A DNA stretch of 64,000 nt from an uncultured Gemmatimonadales bacterium (GCA_963716255.1 OY970303.1:7424001-7488000); one strand, 5' to 3'; shown: positions 9,734 to 20,029, counted from the first letter of the stretch. Numbers and translations are program-made. The notes: generated from the sequence alone by a model not told the origin.

Positions 9734-9746
9734 GCCTGACATTCGG
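9734..9746 (+). other. Left stub of a disrupted attC3
   Basis: gcggcctgac is complementary (one mismatch) to the cassette-3 start gttaggccgc. It is followed by a short spacer and then foreign sequence, with no matching right half. Confidence 0.6.
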
Positions 9747-10200
9747 TATATGGACTTCTCCCTCTCGCCCGGGGGGATCGTCGTTGAGAGAGCATCCCCG
9801 ACGCACGGCAGGGGGACGGGCTGGAGTCGTATATACGGCCTCGATTGTGGAGCCTCGCGGCCCCGGGCCAACCTGGAATTCGCGCGCCGGGTGCCAATCG
9901 CTGCAGCGGCCTCGAAGGCACGCGCTTGTCAACGAGATCACCCCGGCGGCGGTCCGACCGCTCTGCCGTGCGTCCAATCTTCTCTCCGCGCGCTGCCCCT
10001 AACGGGTCTGGTGCTCGCCGCCCACCGCTGGGAATGTTCCACGGCTCCCTCGTCACGGCCGCGTGACGACGACGCCGGCCCCGAGATCCCGCAGACCGAG
10101 CCGGGGGGCCGGCTCCAGGCTTCGGAGCCAGCCCCCCGGCGGCCGGCGAGTCGTCTTGATCGCGCGCAGTGCGGCGTGCCCTCCGCGGGAACCGCGTGGC
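9747..10200 (-). mobile_element. Remnant of an IS110-family (IS1111 group) element: right end, non-coding region and possibly decayed transposase tail
   Basis: Minus strand ends gggagaagtccatata, resembling an IS1111-type subterminal repeat. It is preceded by cggtcggaccg...ttcgaggccg...ggcccgggg...gaggccgtatatacgactccag, resembling IS1111 downstream non-coding regions. Recognised from memory of the family, not by search. Confidence 0.6.
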
Positions 10201-10246
10201 CCTCCCTCGGGACGACGGCGCTCGCGGAGAGGCGGCCGGCGTGCGC

Positions 10247-11968
10247 TCAGAAGCGTGAGGCGTTGATCTCCACGTCCGCGTGCTCCCAGGCTTTGCGGAA
10301 GCGACGGCGCACCTCCTCCGTCGGCTTGCCCTGCGCCACCAGCGCCAGCTCCAGCCCCTTGAGCGACCAGCCGTTCTCCGGGTTGCGGTTGGGGATCACC
10401 GCGCCGGAGTCGTAGAAGCCCAGGTCCGTGAGATACGCCCGCTCCGCATCGGCCGCCTGGCCGAACCGCAGCAGTACCGCCCCCAGCGAGTGGCGCGCGG
10501 GGAAGTAGAACGGCGGCGGCTCGTCGTAGCGCAGGGAGTCCTGGATGCGTACCGCCGCCCGGAACGCGTTGATGGCCCCGAACGAGTTCCCACGGGCCGC
10601 CTGGAGCTCGCCTTCGAGCGTCATCGCCGCCAGCCGCAGCAGCTCCCGTCCAGAGTTGATGCTCTGGGACGGCACCGAGTCCGCGCCCGCGATCTCGATG
10701 ATCCGCACCATCTCGTCGAAGTGCGCCTTCGCGTCGTCGTAGCGCCCCGTCCGCACGTCCGCGAATCCGCGCGCGTAGTGCCAGGCGCCGCGCGCGAACT
10801 TCAGGTCCGCCGGAGGCGGAGTGACGCCGCGAAGCTCGTTCCACATGCCGAAGCGCACCATCACCACCCAGGGCGTCACCAGGAAGTGCTGGGTGTTGGG
10901 CCAGCGCCGCGCGCTGTCCGCCGGCCATTCGCGCGACTGGTCGTGCGCCGCGCCCAGCGAGCGGGCTCGCTCCCCCGCCATGCCCGCGGCGGACCAAAGG
11001 AACTCGAGGTTGTGGGCGAAGTAGCGCGGGTACCGGCCCAGCGCGCGGCGCGTGGCCAGGTACGCCGTGTCCGCCCTGACCGCGCTCTCGTTGGCCAGTA
11101 CGGCGTCGTGGTACCGCCCCATGCGCAGGTAGATGTGCGAGGGCATGTGCACGATGTGGCTGGCACCGGGCATCAGCGCGCCCAGCCGCTCGGCGCTCGG
11201 CATGGCGGCGTTCGGGTCCGACGACGCTTCCACGGCGTGGATGAAGAAGTGGTTGGCGCCGGGGTGGTCCCGCCACCGCGGGTCGTCCAGCACGCGGCGC
11301 AGCGCGGCGACCGCCTCGGGGGTCCCGGGCCGCGGCTGGCGGCCATCGCGCGACCACTGGTTCCACGGCGCCAGGTCCAGCAGCGATTCGGCGTACCACG
11401 TCGCGGCGTCGGGATCGTTGGGGTACCGGCGCGTCAACGTTTCCATGGTGGCCGCGTACACCGAGTCCTGGCGCTTGCGCACCCGCCGCACGTCCGTCGT
11501 GTTGCGAAAGTCGGGGAGCGGGTGGAAGCGGCGGGTGCCCGCCACGACGTAGTCGCGCTCCCACGCCGGCGCGCCGGCGATCCGCCGCTGCGCCGAGTCC
11601 ATGGCCGCGGCGGCCGCCCGCCAGCGCTCTTCGTTGATGTCCTGGTTGATGTCGGGCCCGTAGCTGGTGGCCACGCCCCACCAGCAGATGCCGCAGCCGG
11701 GATCCAGTCGCGCGGCCTCGCGAAAGGCCAGCATGGCCTCCATGTGGTTGAAGCCGTACAGCAGCCGCACGCCCTGGTCGAAGTAGCGCTGCGCCGCGGG
11801 AACGCGGGTGGAAATGGGCTTGCTATAGGTTCCCAGGTTGTCGAACAGCGGCACGCTGTCGCTGGCCGCGGCGGCGGGGCTGACGCCGTGATGCTGATGC
11901 TGCGCGAAGGCCGCCGAGGGGAACAGCGACAGCGCCGCCACGATCGCGACAGAACGAAGTGGGTGCAT
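10247..11968 (-). CDS. Secreted TPR-like protein (HMPSHIY family), paralog 1
   Basis: Signal peptide MHPLRSVAIVAALSLFPSAAFAQ. Motifs AQRYFDQG, HPGANHFFIH, HIVHMPSHIY, NPENGWSL. Confidence 0.8.
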   Translation of the reverse strand: MHPLRSVAIVAALSLFPSAAFAQHQHHGVSPAAAASDSVPLFDNLGTYSKPISTRVPAAQRYFDQGVRLLYGFNHMEAMLAFREAARLDPGCGICWWGVATSYGPDINQDINEERWRAAAAAMDSAQRRIAGAPAWERDYVVAGTRRFHPLPDFRNTTDVRRVRKRQDSVYAATMETLTRRYPNDPDAATWYAESLLDLAPWNQWSRDGRQPRPGTPEAVAALRRVLDDPRWRDHPGANHFFIHAVEASSDPNAAMPSAERLGALMPGASHIVHMPSHIYLRMGRYHDAVLANESAVRADTAYLATRRALGRYPRYFAHNLEFLWSAAGMAGERARSLGAAHDQSREWPADSARRWPNTQHFLVTPWVVMVRFGMWNELRGVTPPPADLKFARGAWHYARGFADVRTGRYDDAKAHFDEMVRIIEIAGADSVPSQSINSGRELLRLAAMTLEGELQAARGNSFGAINAFRAAVRIQDSLRYDEPPPFYFPARHSLGAVLLRFGQAADAERAYLTDLGFYDSGAVIPNRNPENGWSLKGLELALVAQGKPTEEVRRRFRKAWEHADVEINASRF

Positions 11969-12272
11969 TGGATGGAGCTCCGGGATCCGTGGTGGGGGGA
12001 CCGCGGGATGAATTCCTGGCACAAACAGGCTTACCATAGTATGCCTCCATCGTTGCACACAACCCCGGCCCGCCGGCGAGATTCTTCTCTCGCCGCTTTG
12101 CGGTGCCGGTTGCTCCCCGCTGGACACGGCGGGATGCGGGATGCGCGCTGTGGGCGGCGGCCGGGAAAGCACGGGTCCCCGCCGGGCGCGCCCTGCGGGG
12201 ACCTTTCCGTCTCCCGACCTCACCTCAAACGACCCGCGGGCGGCCGCCCGCGGCGCGGCCTTCCGCCAGCGC

Positions 12273-13925
12273 CTACCTCGCCGCCCCCACGTTCTTGGGA
12301 TCCACGTAGAAGTTGGGATCCACCCGGAACGCCGCCGCGCTCGGCAGGCTGAGCCGCGCCGTCTTCCACGCCGTGGTGGGCCGGATGACGGACAGCGAGT
12401 CGCCCGAAAGCGTCACCTTGATCGGCATGTCGAACCCGGGGACCACGTTGGCCCAGCGGTACGACAGCGTGGATCCCTGGATGCGGTACTCCAGCACCGG
12501 GACCATGGTGGTGGTCAGGTACTGCCGGAAGACGCGGTCTAGGTCCACCCCCGACTCGCGGCTGATGTACTGCTGCACCTCGCGCCCCGTCACCGTCTTG
12601 CGCCCGTACGTCGATTGCAGCCCCCGCAGGACGCGGCGCCACTTCTCGTCGTCGCCGATGACCTGGCGAATGGTGTGCAGCATCAGCCCGCCCTTGTCGT
12701 ACATGTCGCCCGAGCCCTCGCTCTGCACCCCGTAGACCCCCTGGATGGGCGCGGCGTTCTGCACGTTCTGGCGGCCGCCCCGGGCGTACGCGAACCCCGC
12801 CTCCCGGCCCTGCGTGCACTCCGTGTAGAGCGACTCCGAGTAGTTGGCGAAGCTTTCGTGCACCCACATGTCCGCGACGTCCTTGGTGGTCACGTGGTTG
12901 CCCCACCACTCGTGGGCGGACTCGTGGATGATGATGAAGTCCCACTCCATCCCGTGGCCCGTGCCCGAGCGGTCTCGCCCCAGGTAGCCGTTCTGGTACT
13001 TGTTGCCGTACGCCACCGCGCTCTGGTGCTCCATCCCCAGGTGCGGCGACTCCACCAGCTTGTAGCCGTCCTCGTACCAGGGGAACGGGCCGAACCAGCG
13101 CTCGAAGCACTGGAGCATGGGCTTCACCTGCCGGAACTGCGCGCGCGCCCGCTCCAGGTTGGCGGCCAGCGGCCAGAAGTCCAGCGTCAGCGTGCCGCGC
13201 TCGCCCGCGTACGTGTCGCCGAAGTGCGCGTACGTCCCCGCGTTCACCGCCACGTCGTAGTTGTTGATGGGGCTCGTCACGAACCACTCGTAGGTGGTGG
13301 TGCCGTCCCCGTTGCGGGTCGTGTTCCGCAGCCGCCCGTTGGACACGTCCACCATGGGGTCCGGCACGGTGACGGCGATGCGCTGGCTGTCCGGCTCCTC
13401 CGTCTGGTGGTCCTTGACGGGCCACCAGGCGCTCGCCCCCAGCCCCTGCACCGCGGTCGCCACCCAGCGGCTGCCGACGGTGTCCTTCGCCCACACCACG
13501 CCGCCGTCCCAGGGCGCGTTCTTCGCCGCGATCGGCTTGCCGTGGAAGTGCACGGTGAGCGTCCTGGACTCGCCCGCGCGCTGCGGCGAGGCCGGGGTGA
13601 CGAAGAAAGCGTTCCCCTCGCGGCGGAAGGCCAGGCGGCGGCCGTCCTGCACCATGCTGTCCACCTGCATGGGCTCCTGGAGGTCCACCTGCATCTCCCG
13701 GGACGGCTGCAGGACCCGGTAGGTGATGCCGTTGCGGCCGGCGATGCTGCTGTCCGCCGGGGACACGCGCACGTGCAGGTCGTAGAAGGTCACGTCCCAC
13801 CACGCGCGCTGCGGCGAGATGGAGCCGCGCAGCGTGTCGGCGCGGGTGAAGCGCGGGGCGTCCTGCGCCGCGGCGGCGGCCGCGGAGCCCGCGAGGAGGA
13901 CAAGGGCCAGGAGGATCTTTCGCAT
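12273..13925 (-). CDS. M1 family metallopeptidase, secreted
   Basis: Signal peptide, GMEHQ, HESAHEWWGN...WVHESF zinc motif, distal YDKG. Confidence 0.92.
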   Translation of the reverse strand: MRKILLALVLLAGSAAAAAAQDAPRFTRADTLRGSISPQRAWWDVTFYDLHVRVSPADSSIAGRNGITYRVLQPSREMQVDLQEPMQVDSMVQDGRRLAFRREGNAFFVTPASPQRAGESRTLTVHFHGKPIAAKNAPWDGGVVWAKDTVGSRWVATAVQGLGASAWWPVKDHQTEEPDSQRIAVTVPDPMVDVSNGRLRNTTRNGDGTTTYEWFVTSPINNYDVAVNAGTYAHFGDTYAGERGTLTLDFWPLAANLERARAQFRQVKPMLQCFERWFGPFPWYEDGYKLVESPHLGMEHQSAVAYGNKYQNGYLGRDRSGTGHGMEWDFIIIHESAHEWWGNHVTTKDVADMWVHESFANYSESLYTECTQGREAGFAYARGGRQNVQNAAPIQGVYGVQSEGSGDMYDKGGLMLHTIRQVIGDDEKWRRVLRGLQSTYGRKTVTGREVQQYISRESGVDLDRVFRQYLTTTMVPVLEYRIQGSTLSYRWANVVPGFDMPIKVTLSGDSLSVIRPTTAWKTARLSLPSAAAFRVDPNFYVDPKNVGAAR

Positions 13926-14068
13926 GGGCGAGACCGGGGTGGATGCCACGGGAGCCGCGGGGCGCGCCCCGCGGCCGACGACGGTGAAGCTCGGCCCGGA
14001 GGCCGCGGAAAGCAACCCGCGGGCGGCGCGGAAGTTCCCGCGCGGCCACCGGGAGGGCGTCGCGGCGG

Positions 14069-15727
14069 CTACGCCACCGCCGCCGCAGCCGCCCGGCCCG
14101 CGGCCCGGCCGGAAAAGATGCAGCCGCCCAGGAAGGTGCCCTCCAGCGCGCGGTAGCCGTGCATCCCCCCGCCCCCGAAGCCGGCCACCTCGCCCGCGGC
14201 GTACAGCCCGGGGAGCGGCTCGCCGTCGGCGCGGAGGACGCGGCCGGCGAGGTCCGTGTGCAGGCCGCCCAGCGTCTTGCGGGTGAGGAGGTTGAGGCGC
14301 ACCGCGATCAGCGGCCCCGCCGCGGGATCCAGCAGCCGGTGCGGCCGGGCCACGCGGATCAGGCGGTCGCCCAGGTAGGCGCGCGCCCCGCGGATGGCCG
14401 TGACCTGCGCGTCCTTGCCGAAGGGGTTGGTGAGCTGCGCGTCGCGGGCGCGCACCTCGCGCTCCACCGCGGCCGGGTCCAGCAGCGGCTCGTCCGTGAG
14501 CGCGTTCATCCCGCGCACCAGCTCGCCCAGCTCCCGCGCCACCACGAAGTCCGCCCCCTTCTGCTTGAACGCCTCCACCGGCGGCGGCGCTCCGGGAAGG
14601 ACGCGCCCCAGCACCTGGCGGATGCTGCGGCCGGTGAGGTCCGGGTTCTGCTCCGAGCCCGAGAGCGCGAATTCCTTTTCGATGATGCGCTGGGTGAGCA
14701 CGAACCACGTGTGGTCGTACCCGGTGGCCACGATGTGCTCCAGCGTCCCCAGCGTGTCGAAGCCGGGGAAGAGCGGCGCCGGAAGGCGCCGGCCCAGCGC
14801 GTCCAGCCACAGCGACGACGGCCCGGGGAGGATGCGGATGCCGTGACCCGTCCACACCGGCGCCCAGTTGTGGATCCCCTCCGTGTAATGCCACATGCGG
14901 TCCGGGTTGATGATGCTCCCGCCCGCCGCCTGCGTCACCGCCAGCATCCGCCCGTCCACGTGGTCCGGCACCCCGGAAAGCATGCGCCGCGGCGGAGGGC
15001 CCATGCGCGCCGGCCAGTTGCGGCGCACCAGCTCGTGGTTGGCGCCGATCCCCCCCGAGGTGACGATCACCGCCTGCGCCCGCAGCGCGAACTCGCCGGC
15101 GACCGCACGGGAGCTGGGCGCGCCGCGCGGGGCGTCGCTGGGCTCCAGGAGCTCGCCGCGGACGCCGTCCACCGCGCCGCCCGTCGTGGTCAGCTCGCTC
15201 ACCCGGTGCCGGAAGCGCAGCGACACCCGCCCGCGCCCCTCCGCCTCCCGCACGCGGGCGATGAACGGCTCCACCACGCCGGGCCCCGTGCCCCAGGTGA
15301 CGTGGAAGCGGGGCACCGAGTTGCCGTGGCCGGTCGCCAGGTAGCCGCCGCGCTCCGCCCACCCCACCACGGGAAAGAAGCGGACGCCGCGCTCGTACAG
15401 CCAGGCGCGCTTCTCCCCCGCGGCGAAGTCCACGTACGCCTCCGCCCAGCGGCGCGGCCACGCGTCCTCCGGCCGGTCGAAGCCCGCGCTCCCCATCCAG
15501 TCCGAGAGCGCCAGCTCGCGCGAGTCGCGGATCTTCATCCGCCGCTGCTCCGGCGAGTCCACCAGGAAGAGCCCGCCGAACGACCAGAACGCCTGCCCCC
15601 CCAGCGACGCCTCGGGCTCCTGGTCCACGACGATGACCTTCCGCCCGGCCTCCGCCAGCTCCGCGGCCGCCACCAGCCCGGCCAGCCCCGCACCCACGAT
15701 GATCACGTCCGCGTCGTCGGCACTCAT
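14069..15727 (-). CDS. FAD-binding dehydrogenase (KsdD-like)
   Basis: VIIVGAGLAGL, GGQAFWSFGG, RKTLGGL, GLYAAGE, LEGTFLGGC. Confidence 0.9.
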   Translation of the reverse strand: MSADDADVIIVGAGLAGLVAAAELAEAGRKVIVVDQEPEASLGGQAFWSFGGLFLVDSPEQRRMKIRDSRELALSDWMGSAGFDRPEDAWPRRWAEAYVDFAAGEKRAWLYERGVRFFPVVGWAERGGYLATGHGNSVPRFHVTWGTGPGVVEPFIARVREAEGRGRVSLRFRHRVSELTTTGGAVDGVRGELLEPSDAPRGAPSSRAVAGEFALRAQAVIVTSGGIGANHELVRRNWPARMGPPPRRMLSGVPDHVDGRMLAVTQAAGGSIINPDRMWHYTEGIHNWAPVWTGHGIRILPGPSSLWLDALGRRLPAPLFPGFDTLGTLEHIVATGYDHTWFVLTQRIIEKEFALSGSEQNPDLTGRSIRQVLGRVLPGAPPPVEAFKQKGADFVVARELGELVRGMNALTDEPLLDPAAVEREVRARDAQLTNPFGKDAQVTAIRGARAYLGDRLIRVARPHRLLDPAAGPLIAVRLNLLTRKTLGGLHTDLAGRVLRADGEPLPGLYAAGEVAGFGGGGMHGYRALEGTFLGGCIFSGRAAGRAAAAAVA

Positions 15728-15766
15728 GTCTGATCGGGTCGGGGTTGGACGGCCATGAAGGACTTA

Positions 15767-15906
15767 CGGCAGGATCTGGGCGTGCCCCCGGCTGGCGCCG
15801 GGGTCGGGCTTCGGCTCCGTAAGCCCGCAAACAACGCGGGCTGACGGAGTCGAGCCCCCGCAAACTGCCGCGGGGTCTCGCCCCTTCGGGCCGGAATCCC
15901 TCACGC
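15767..15906 (+). repeat. Repeat family R1, copy 2
   Basis: Near-full match to 3221-3359. Confidence 0.9.
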
Positions 15907-15975
15907 AGGTGCTTGCCCGAACTCAAGACTCAGCAGTCGCGCCCTTTCCCGCAAGACGGGCGAGGTCGCCCCGGC

Positions 15976-17595
15976 TCAGAAGCGCGAGCCCGCCAGCCGC
16001 GTCCCGGAGCGCGCCCACGCCTCCCGGAACTCGGCGCCGGCCGCGTCCGCTTCGGCGGTCCGCCCCTGCGCGCGCAGGGCCAGCTCCAGGCCGGCCAGGC
16101 TCCAGCCGTTGCGCGGCCGGTCTTCCAGCGCGGCGCGGTAGACCCGCTCCGCGTCCGCCGGCCTTCCCGCCTCCAGCAGCGCCGCACCCAGCCAGTCGCG
16201 CGCCGCGAAGGGGAGCGGCTCCGGCTCGTCGTAGACCAGGCCGTCCTCCAGCTCCACCGCCCGCTCCAGCGCCGCGAGCCCCTCCGGCGTCCGGCCCTGC
16301 GACCGCAGCAGCTCGGCGCGCAGGATCCCGCCGACCACCCCCAGCAGGCGCGCGGGGGCGTGGCCGCGCCAGGTGGTGGTCTCGGGCGTGTGCGCGGCGA
16401 GCGAGTCCACCCGCGCCAGGTACGCCGCCGCGCTGTCGCGCTGCCCGCCGCGGAGCCGGGCGTACCCCCGCGCGAAGGACCAAAGGCCGCGGTGCACCGG
16501 GTGCGCCGGGGGGGCGGCGAGTGCCAGCACCTCGCCGAAGCGCCCGAAGCGGAGCCTCGTGAGCGCCTGGAGCCCGGAGCCGTCGCCCGCCGGGGTGAGC
16601 GCGGCGTAGGCGTCCGCCGCCGTCATCGCCTTCGCCTCCTGCCCGTCCACGGACGCGGCGTAGAGGAGCATGTGCAGGTTGTGGCCCGGGTACACCGACA
16701 CCGCCCGCCCCTCCGCCGCCCCGCGGTCCGATTCCCACGCCAGCTCGTTGGAGCGCACCGCGTCGGCCCAGCGCCCCACCCGGTTGTAGGTGTGCGAGGG
16801 CATGTGGTTCAGGTGGCTCGCGCCGGGCATGGCGGTCACCAGCACGTCGGCGCACCGCTGCGCCCGTCCCGCGCGGGGCGTGCTTTCCGTGGCGTGGATG
16901 AAGGTGTGGCACACGCCGGGGTGGGCCACGTCGGCGGCGAGGGCGCTTTCCAGCACCGCGTGGATGCGCGCCACGGACGGCTTCTCCACGCTCCAGTTGC
17001 CGCGGCGCGGCTCCAGCAGCATCAGCGCGTCCGCGTACAGGGCGGCCACCTCCGGGCTGTCCGGGAAGCGCGCGTACACCCCCTCCATCGCCCGGGCGTA
17101 GGCGCTGTCCAGCCCCTTGCGGCCCGCGGCGCCGTGCGACTCGCGGTAGCGCACGGCCATGGCGCCGGCGAGCGCCCGCTCCAGCGGCGTCCCCCGCGCG
17201 GCGGCCAGCTCGCGGGCGCGCCGGGCGGCGGCGGTGGCCTCCGGCGCGTCGGCGTCGGCCATCGCGCCGTTGAGGTACGGGCCCATGGACCACGCCTCGC
17301 CCCACCAGCACAGGGCGCACTCCGGGTCGCGCCGCCGCGCCTCCGCGAAGGAGCGCCGCGCCTCCGGGAGCGCGAAGGCGTACATCAGCTTCACCCCCTG
17401 GTCGAAGTACGCCTGCGCTTCGCCCGAGGCGGTTCCGGCCGGCCACGAGAAGGCGCCCAGCGCCGCCCCGTACAGCGGCACCGGCGCGCCGTCCGCCGCC
17501 GGGGTGGGGCCGCCGTGGTGCTGCTGAGCAGGCAGAGGACCGGCCCGGACGGCGAGGGCGAGGAGCGGGAGGAGGACGGCGAGGAGACGGGGCAT
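15976..17595 (-). CDS. Secreted TPR-like protein (HMPSHTY family), paralog 2
   Basis: Signal peptide. AQAYFDQG, HPGVCHTFIH, HLNHMPSHTY, PRNGWSL. Ends SRF like paralog 1. Confidence 0.8.
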   Translation of the reverse strand: MPRLLAVLLPLLALAVRAGPLPAQQHHGGPTPAADGAPVPLYGAALGAFSWPAGTASGEAQAYFDQGVKLMYAFALPEARRSFAEARRRDPECALCWWGEAWSMGPYLNGAMADADAPEATAAARRARELAAARGTPLERALAGAMAVRYRESHGAAGRKGLDSAYARAMEGVYARFPDSPEVAALYADALMLLEPRRGNWSVEKPSVARIHAVLESALAADVAHPGVCHTFIHATESTPRAGRAQRCADVLVTAMPGASHLNHMPSHTYNRVGRWADAVRSNELAWESDRGAAEGRAVSVYPGHNLHMLLYAASVDGQEAKAMTAADAYAALTPAGDGSGLQALTRLRFGRFGEVLALAAPPAHPVHRGLWSFARGYARLRGGQRDSAAAYLARVDSLAAHTPETTTWRGHAPARLLGVVGGILRAELLRSQGRTPEGLAALERAVELEDGLVYDEPEPLPFAARDWLGAALLEAGRPADAERVYRAALEDRPRNGWSLAGLELALRAQGRTAEADAAGAEFREAWARSGTRLAGSRF

Positions 17596-17689
17596 GCGTG
17601 CTCGGGGGCGGCGGGGGAGCGGGACCGGGGACCGCGTCAACATATCGCCTTCGCGCACGGACGACGAGCGGTGCGGTGACGGCATCGAA

Positions 17690-17737
17690 CGGCGGGTTCG
17701 GGCGCGTCCCCGGCTGGCGCCGGGGTCGGGCTTCGCG
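17690..17737 (+). repeat. Repeat family R1, partial copy
   Basis: cggcgggttcgggcgcgtccccggctggcgccggggtcgggcttcgcg, 5' third only. Confidence 0.8.
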
Positions 17738-17988
17738 CTGGCGTCCGTTGGAAGCATGCTCGCCATGGCGAAGATCGTCCCCCGCCAGAACCCCGATCTG
17801 GGACTCGGACGCCCCGACCGGGACATGACATCCACGGTTCAGGAGAACTACGGATCCTGCTGCCTTAGCCATAATTATTTTCACCGTATTGATTTAACGC
17901 ATTCAGTCTGGAAAGGTACGCATGTTGCTGTCATTTTCTTTCGCTGCCAAGCAGTCCTTCCACCCCACCTCCCCAAGGAGAACGGCAC

Positions 17989-18609
17989 ATGCGCCACACT
18001 CTCAGCCTGGGCCTGGTCCTCGTCCTCGCCGCGGCGGCCTGCTCGCCGGACGCGACCCCGCTCGCCCCCGCCGACGAGGCCCCGCGGCTGGCAGCCGCGG
18101 CCGCACCCCCGCCCGCGTGCCTGGACTTCAACGTGCCGCCGCTGGGAACCGCCTACGGTGGGGGGTTCGGGACCCCGGTGGGGGTGCCGCAGTGGGTGGA
18201 GAACGGGATCACCGCGGCGGTGGTGCCGTACCAGCCGGGGGCGCTCTACGCGGAGGCCCGGGTCGTCCTGCCGCCGGTGCCGTTCGGCGCCGGGCCGACG
18301 GGGCGCGCCCGCAGCATCAACTGGCAGTTCGACTTCACCGGACTCCCGTTCGTCCCCAAGACGGTCACCTTCGACTGGCTTGACCAGGGCACCCCGTCCC
18401 CGGTGGAGAACCTGGCGGTGAACGCCAGCCCCCTCTTCATCGGGCAGATCCACGCGCCCCCGGCGGTCATGGCGGGGATCGTGGTCGGGACCTCGGTGGT
18501 GGCGGCACCCGGGGGCCTGAAGGGGACCATGAAGCTGACCGGTCCCGTGCAGCGCGTGGTGGTGGGCGGACAGCCGGTGTGGATCGACCACGTCTGCGCC
18601 TATCCGTGA
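17989..18609 (+). CDS. Hypothetical lipoprotein
   Basis: AAGGAG RBS, lipobox AAAC, beta-rich body, AT-rich upstream region. Confidence 0.75.
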   Translation: MRHTLSLGLVLVLAAAACSPDATPLAPADEAPRLAAAAAPPPACLDFNVPPLGTAYGGGFGTPVGVPQWVENGITAAVVPYQPGALYAEARVVLPPVPFGAGPTGRARSINWQFDFTGLPFVPKTVTFDWLDQGTPSPVENLAVNASPLFIGQIHAPPAVMAGIVVGTSVVAAPGGLKGTMKLTGPVQRVVVGGQPVWIDHVCAYP

Positions 18610-18768
18610 CCCTCCCGGCGCGGCGGTACGAAGCACGGACGTGAGCCGTCCCGGCGCTCGAGGGCCGGGAAACGAAGCAGCCCTCCGATGGCGACACGCC
18701 GTCGGAGGGCTGCTGTACGAGGAGGACCGCGCGTGAGCCTGGCGACGAGCCTGCTCTCGCCCCGCGCG

Positions 18769-19995
18769 TCACACGGGGTCGGCGACCCGCTCGGGGCGCG
18801 GGGCGCGCGCGCGTCCGGGGAGCCGCCGGCGGCGGCCCCGCCACGCCGCCAGGCGGCGCAGCGACAGCGAGATCCCCGTCACCACCAGCACCGCGGCGCC
18901 CAGCGACACCAGCCCCGCGAGCGTCTGCCCGGGAAGGCCCAGGACCTCGCCGGTGTGCGCGAAGCGGAGGATGCTGCGCAGCCTGCGTCCCGGCGTGCCG
19001 GCGGAGAACGGCTCCCACTTCACGACTGCGCCGGTGGCGCGGTCCAGCGTCAGGGTGGCGCGCTTCTGCGGCTGCCCGCCGCTCCCCCGGTCGATATTGA
19101 AGGCCACGGGCGCGTCCGCCTCGCCGGGGAGCTGCATGGAGATGCTGCGCCACCCCTGCACCCTGCGGCTCGCCGTCGCCCAGAGCGGGTCGATGCCCGC
19201 CAGCGGCGGCGCGGCCTCCGCGCCGCCTGCCGCTCCACCGCCGCCTCCGCGCGGGGCTCCGCCGCCGGGAGGCCCGCCGCCCGGACCGCCGCGGGCCGCG
19301 GGCGGGTCCTCTCCCACGGCGCGGTAGACGAGGTCGCTGGCCCACGGGTACGAGATCACCACCGCGGACGCCACGACGACGGCGAGCGGCACGCACGACC
19401 AGAAGCCGATGACGTTGTGCCAGTTGAAGTCGCGCGCCCTGGGCGACAGCCCGACCTGGAACCAGGTGACGCCGCGGAGCACCCGGCGCGTCCAGTTGCG
19501 CGGCCACCACAGGTAGAAGCCGCTCAGCACCAGGAAGAGGAAGCCCAGGTTGGCCGCGCCGGTGATCGCCTTGCCGGTGTCGCGGCTCTCGTCGCCGGCG
19601 GCGAGCCAGCGGTGCCAGTCGGTGACGCCGCGGAAGAAGGCGCGCACGCCGACCGCGCCCTGGCCCAGCACGGCGCCGGTGTACGGGTCCACGAACACCG
19701 TCTTTTCCCGCCCGAACGCGACCTCCACCGGCCGGTCCTCACCGGCGCGCCAGGTGACCGCGGAGGGCTTTCCCGCCTCGGCGCGGAGCACGCCCGCGAG
19801 CAGCGCCTCCGGCCCCAGCCGCTCCGCCCCGGCCGGGGGAGGCGACACCTCGTAGGCGCGCGCGTTGGCCCACGCGAGCACCTGCTTCTCGTAGGTGAGC
19901 AGCACGCCGGTGACGGACATGACGAGCACCACCACCCCGGCGGCGACGCCGGTGGCGAGGTGGAGCCAGAAGATCGCTTTGCGGAACAGCGCCAT
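18769..19995 (-). CDS. PepSY-associated TM helix protein
   Basis: FWLHL...SVTGVLL, VFVDPYTGAVLG, DWHRWL, SGFYLWWP, NWHNVIG, HTGE. Confidence 0.9.
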   Translation of the reverse strand: MALFRKAIFWLHLATGVAAGVVVLVMSVTGVLLTYEKQVLAWANARAYEVSPPPAGAERLGPEALLAGVLRAEAGKPSAVTWRAGEDRPVEVAFGREKTVFVDPYTGAVLGQGAVGVRAFFRGVTDWHRWLAAGDESRDTGKAITGAANLGFLFLVLSGFYLWWPRNWTRRVLRGVTWFQVGLSPRARDFNWHNVIGFWSCVPLAVVVASAVVISYPWASDLVYRAVGEDPPAARGGPGGGPPGGGAPRGGGGGAAGGAEAAPPLAGIDPLWATASRRVQGWRSISMQLPGEADAPVAFNIDRGSGGQPQKRATLTLDRATGAVVKWEPFSAGTPGRRLRSILRFAHTGEVLGLPGQTLAGLVSLGAAVLVVTGISLSLRRLAAWRGRRRRLPGRARAPRPERVADPV

Positions 19996-20029
19996 AGGTC
20001 TGGAACGAGTGCGTGAGTGTAACGGCGGG

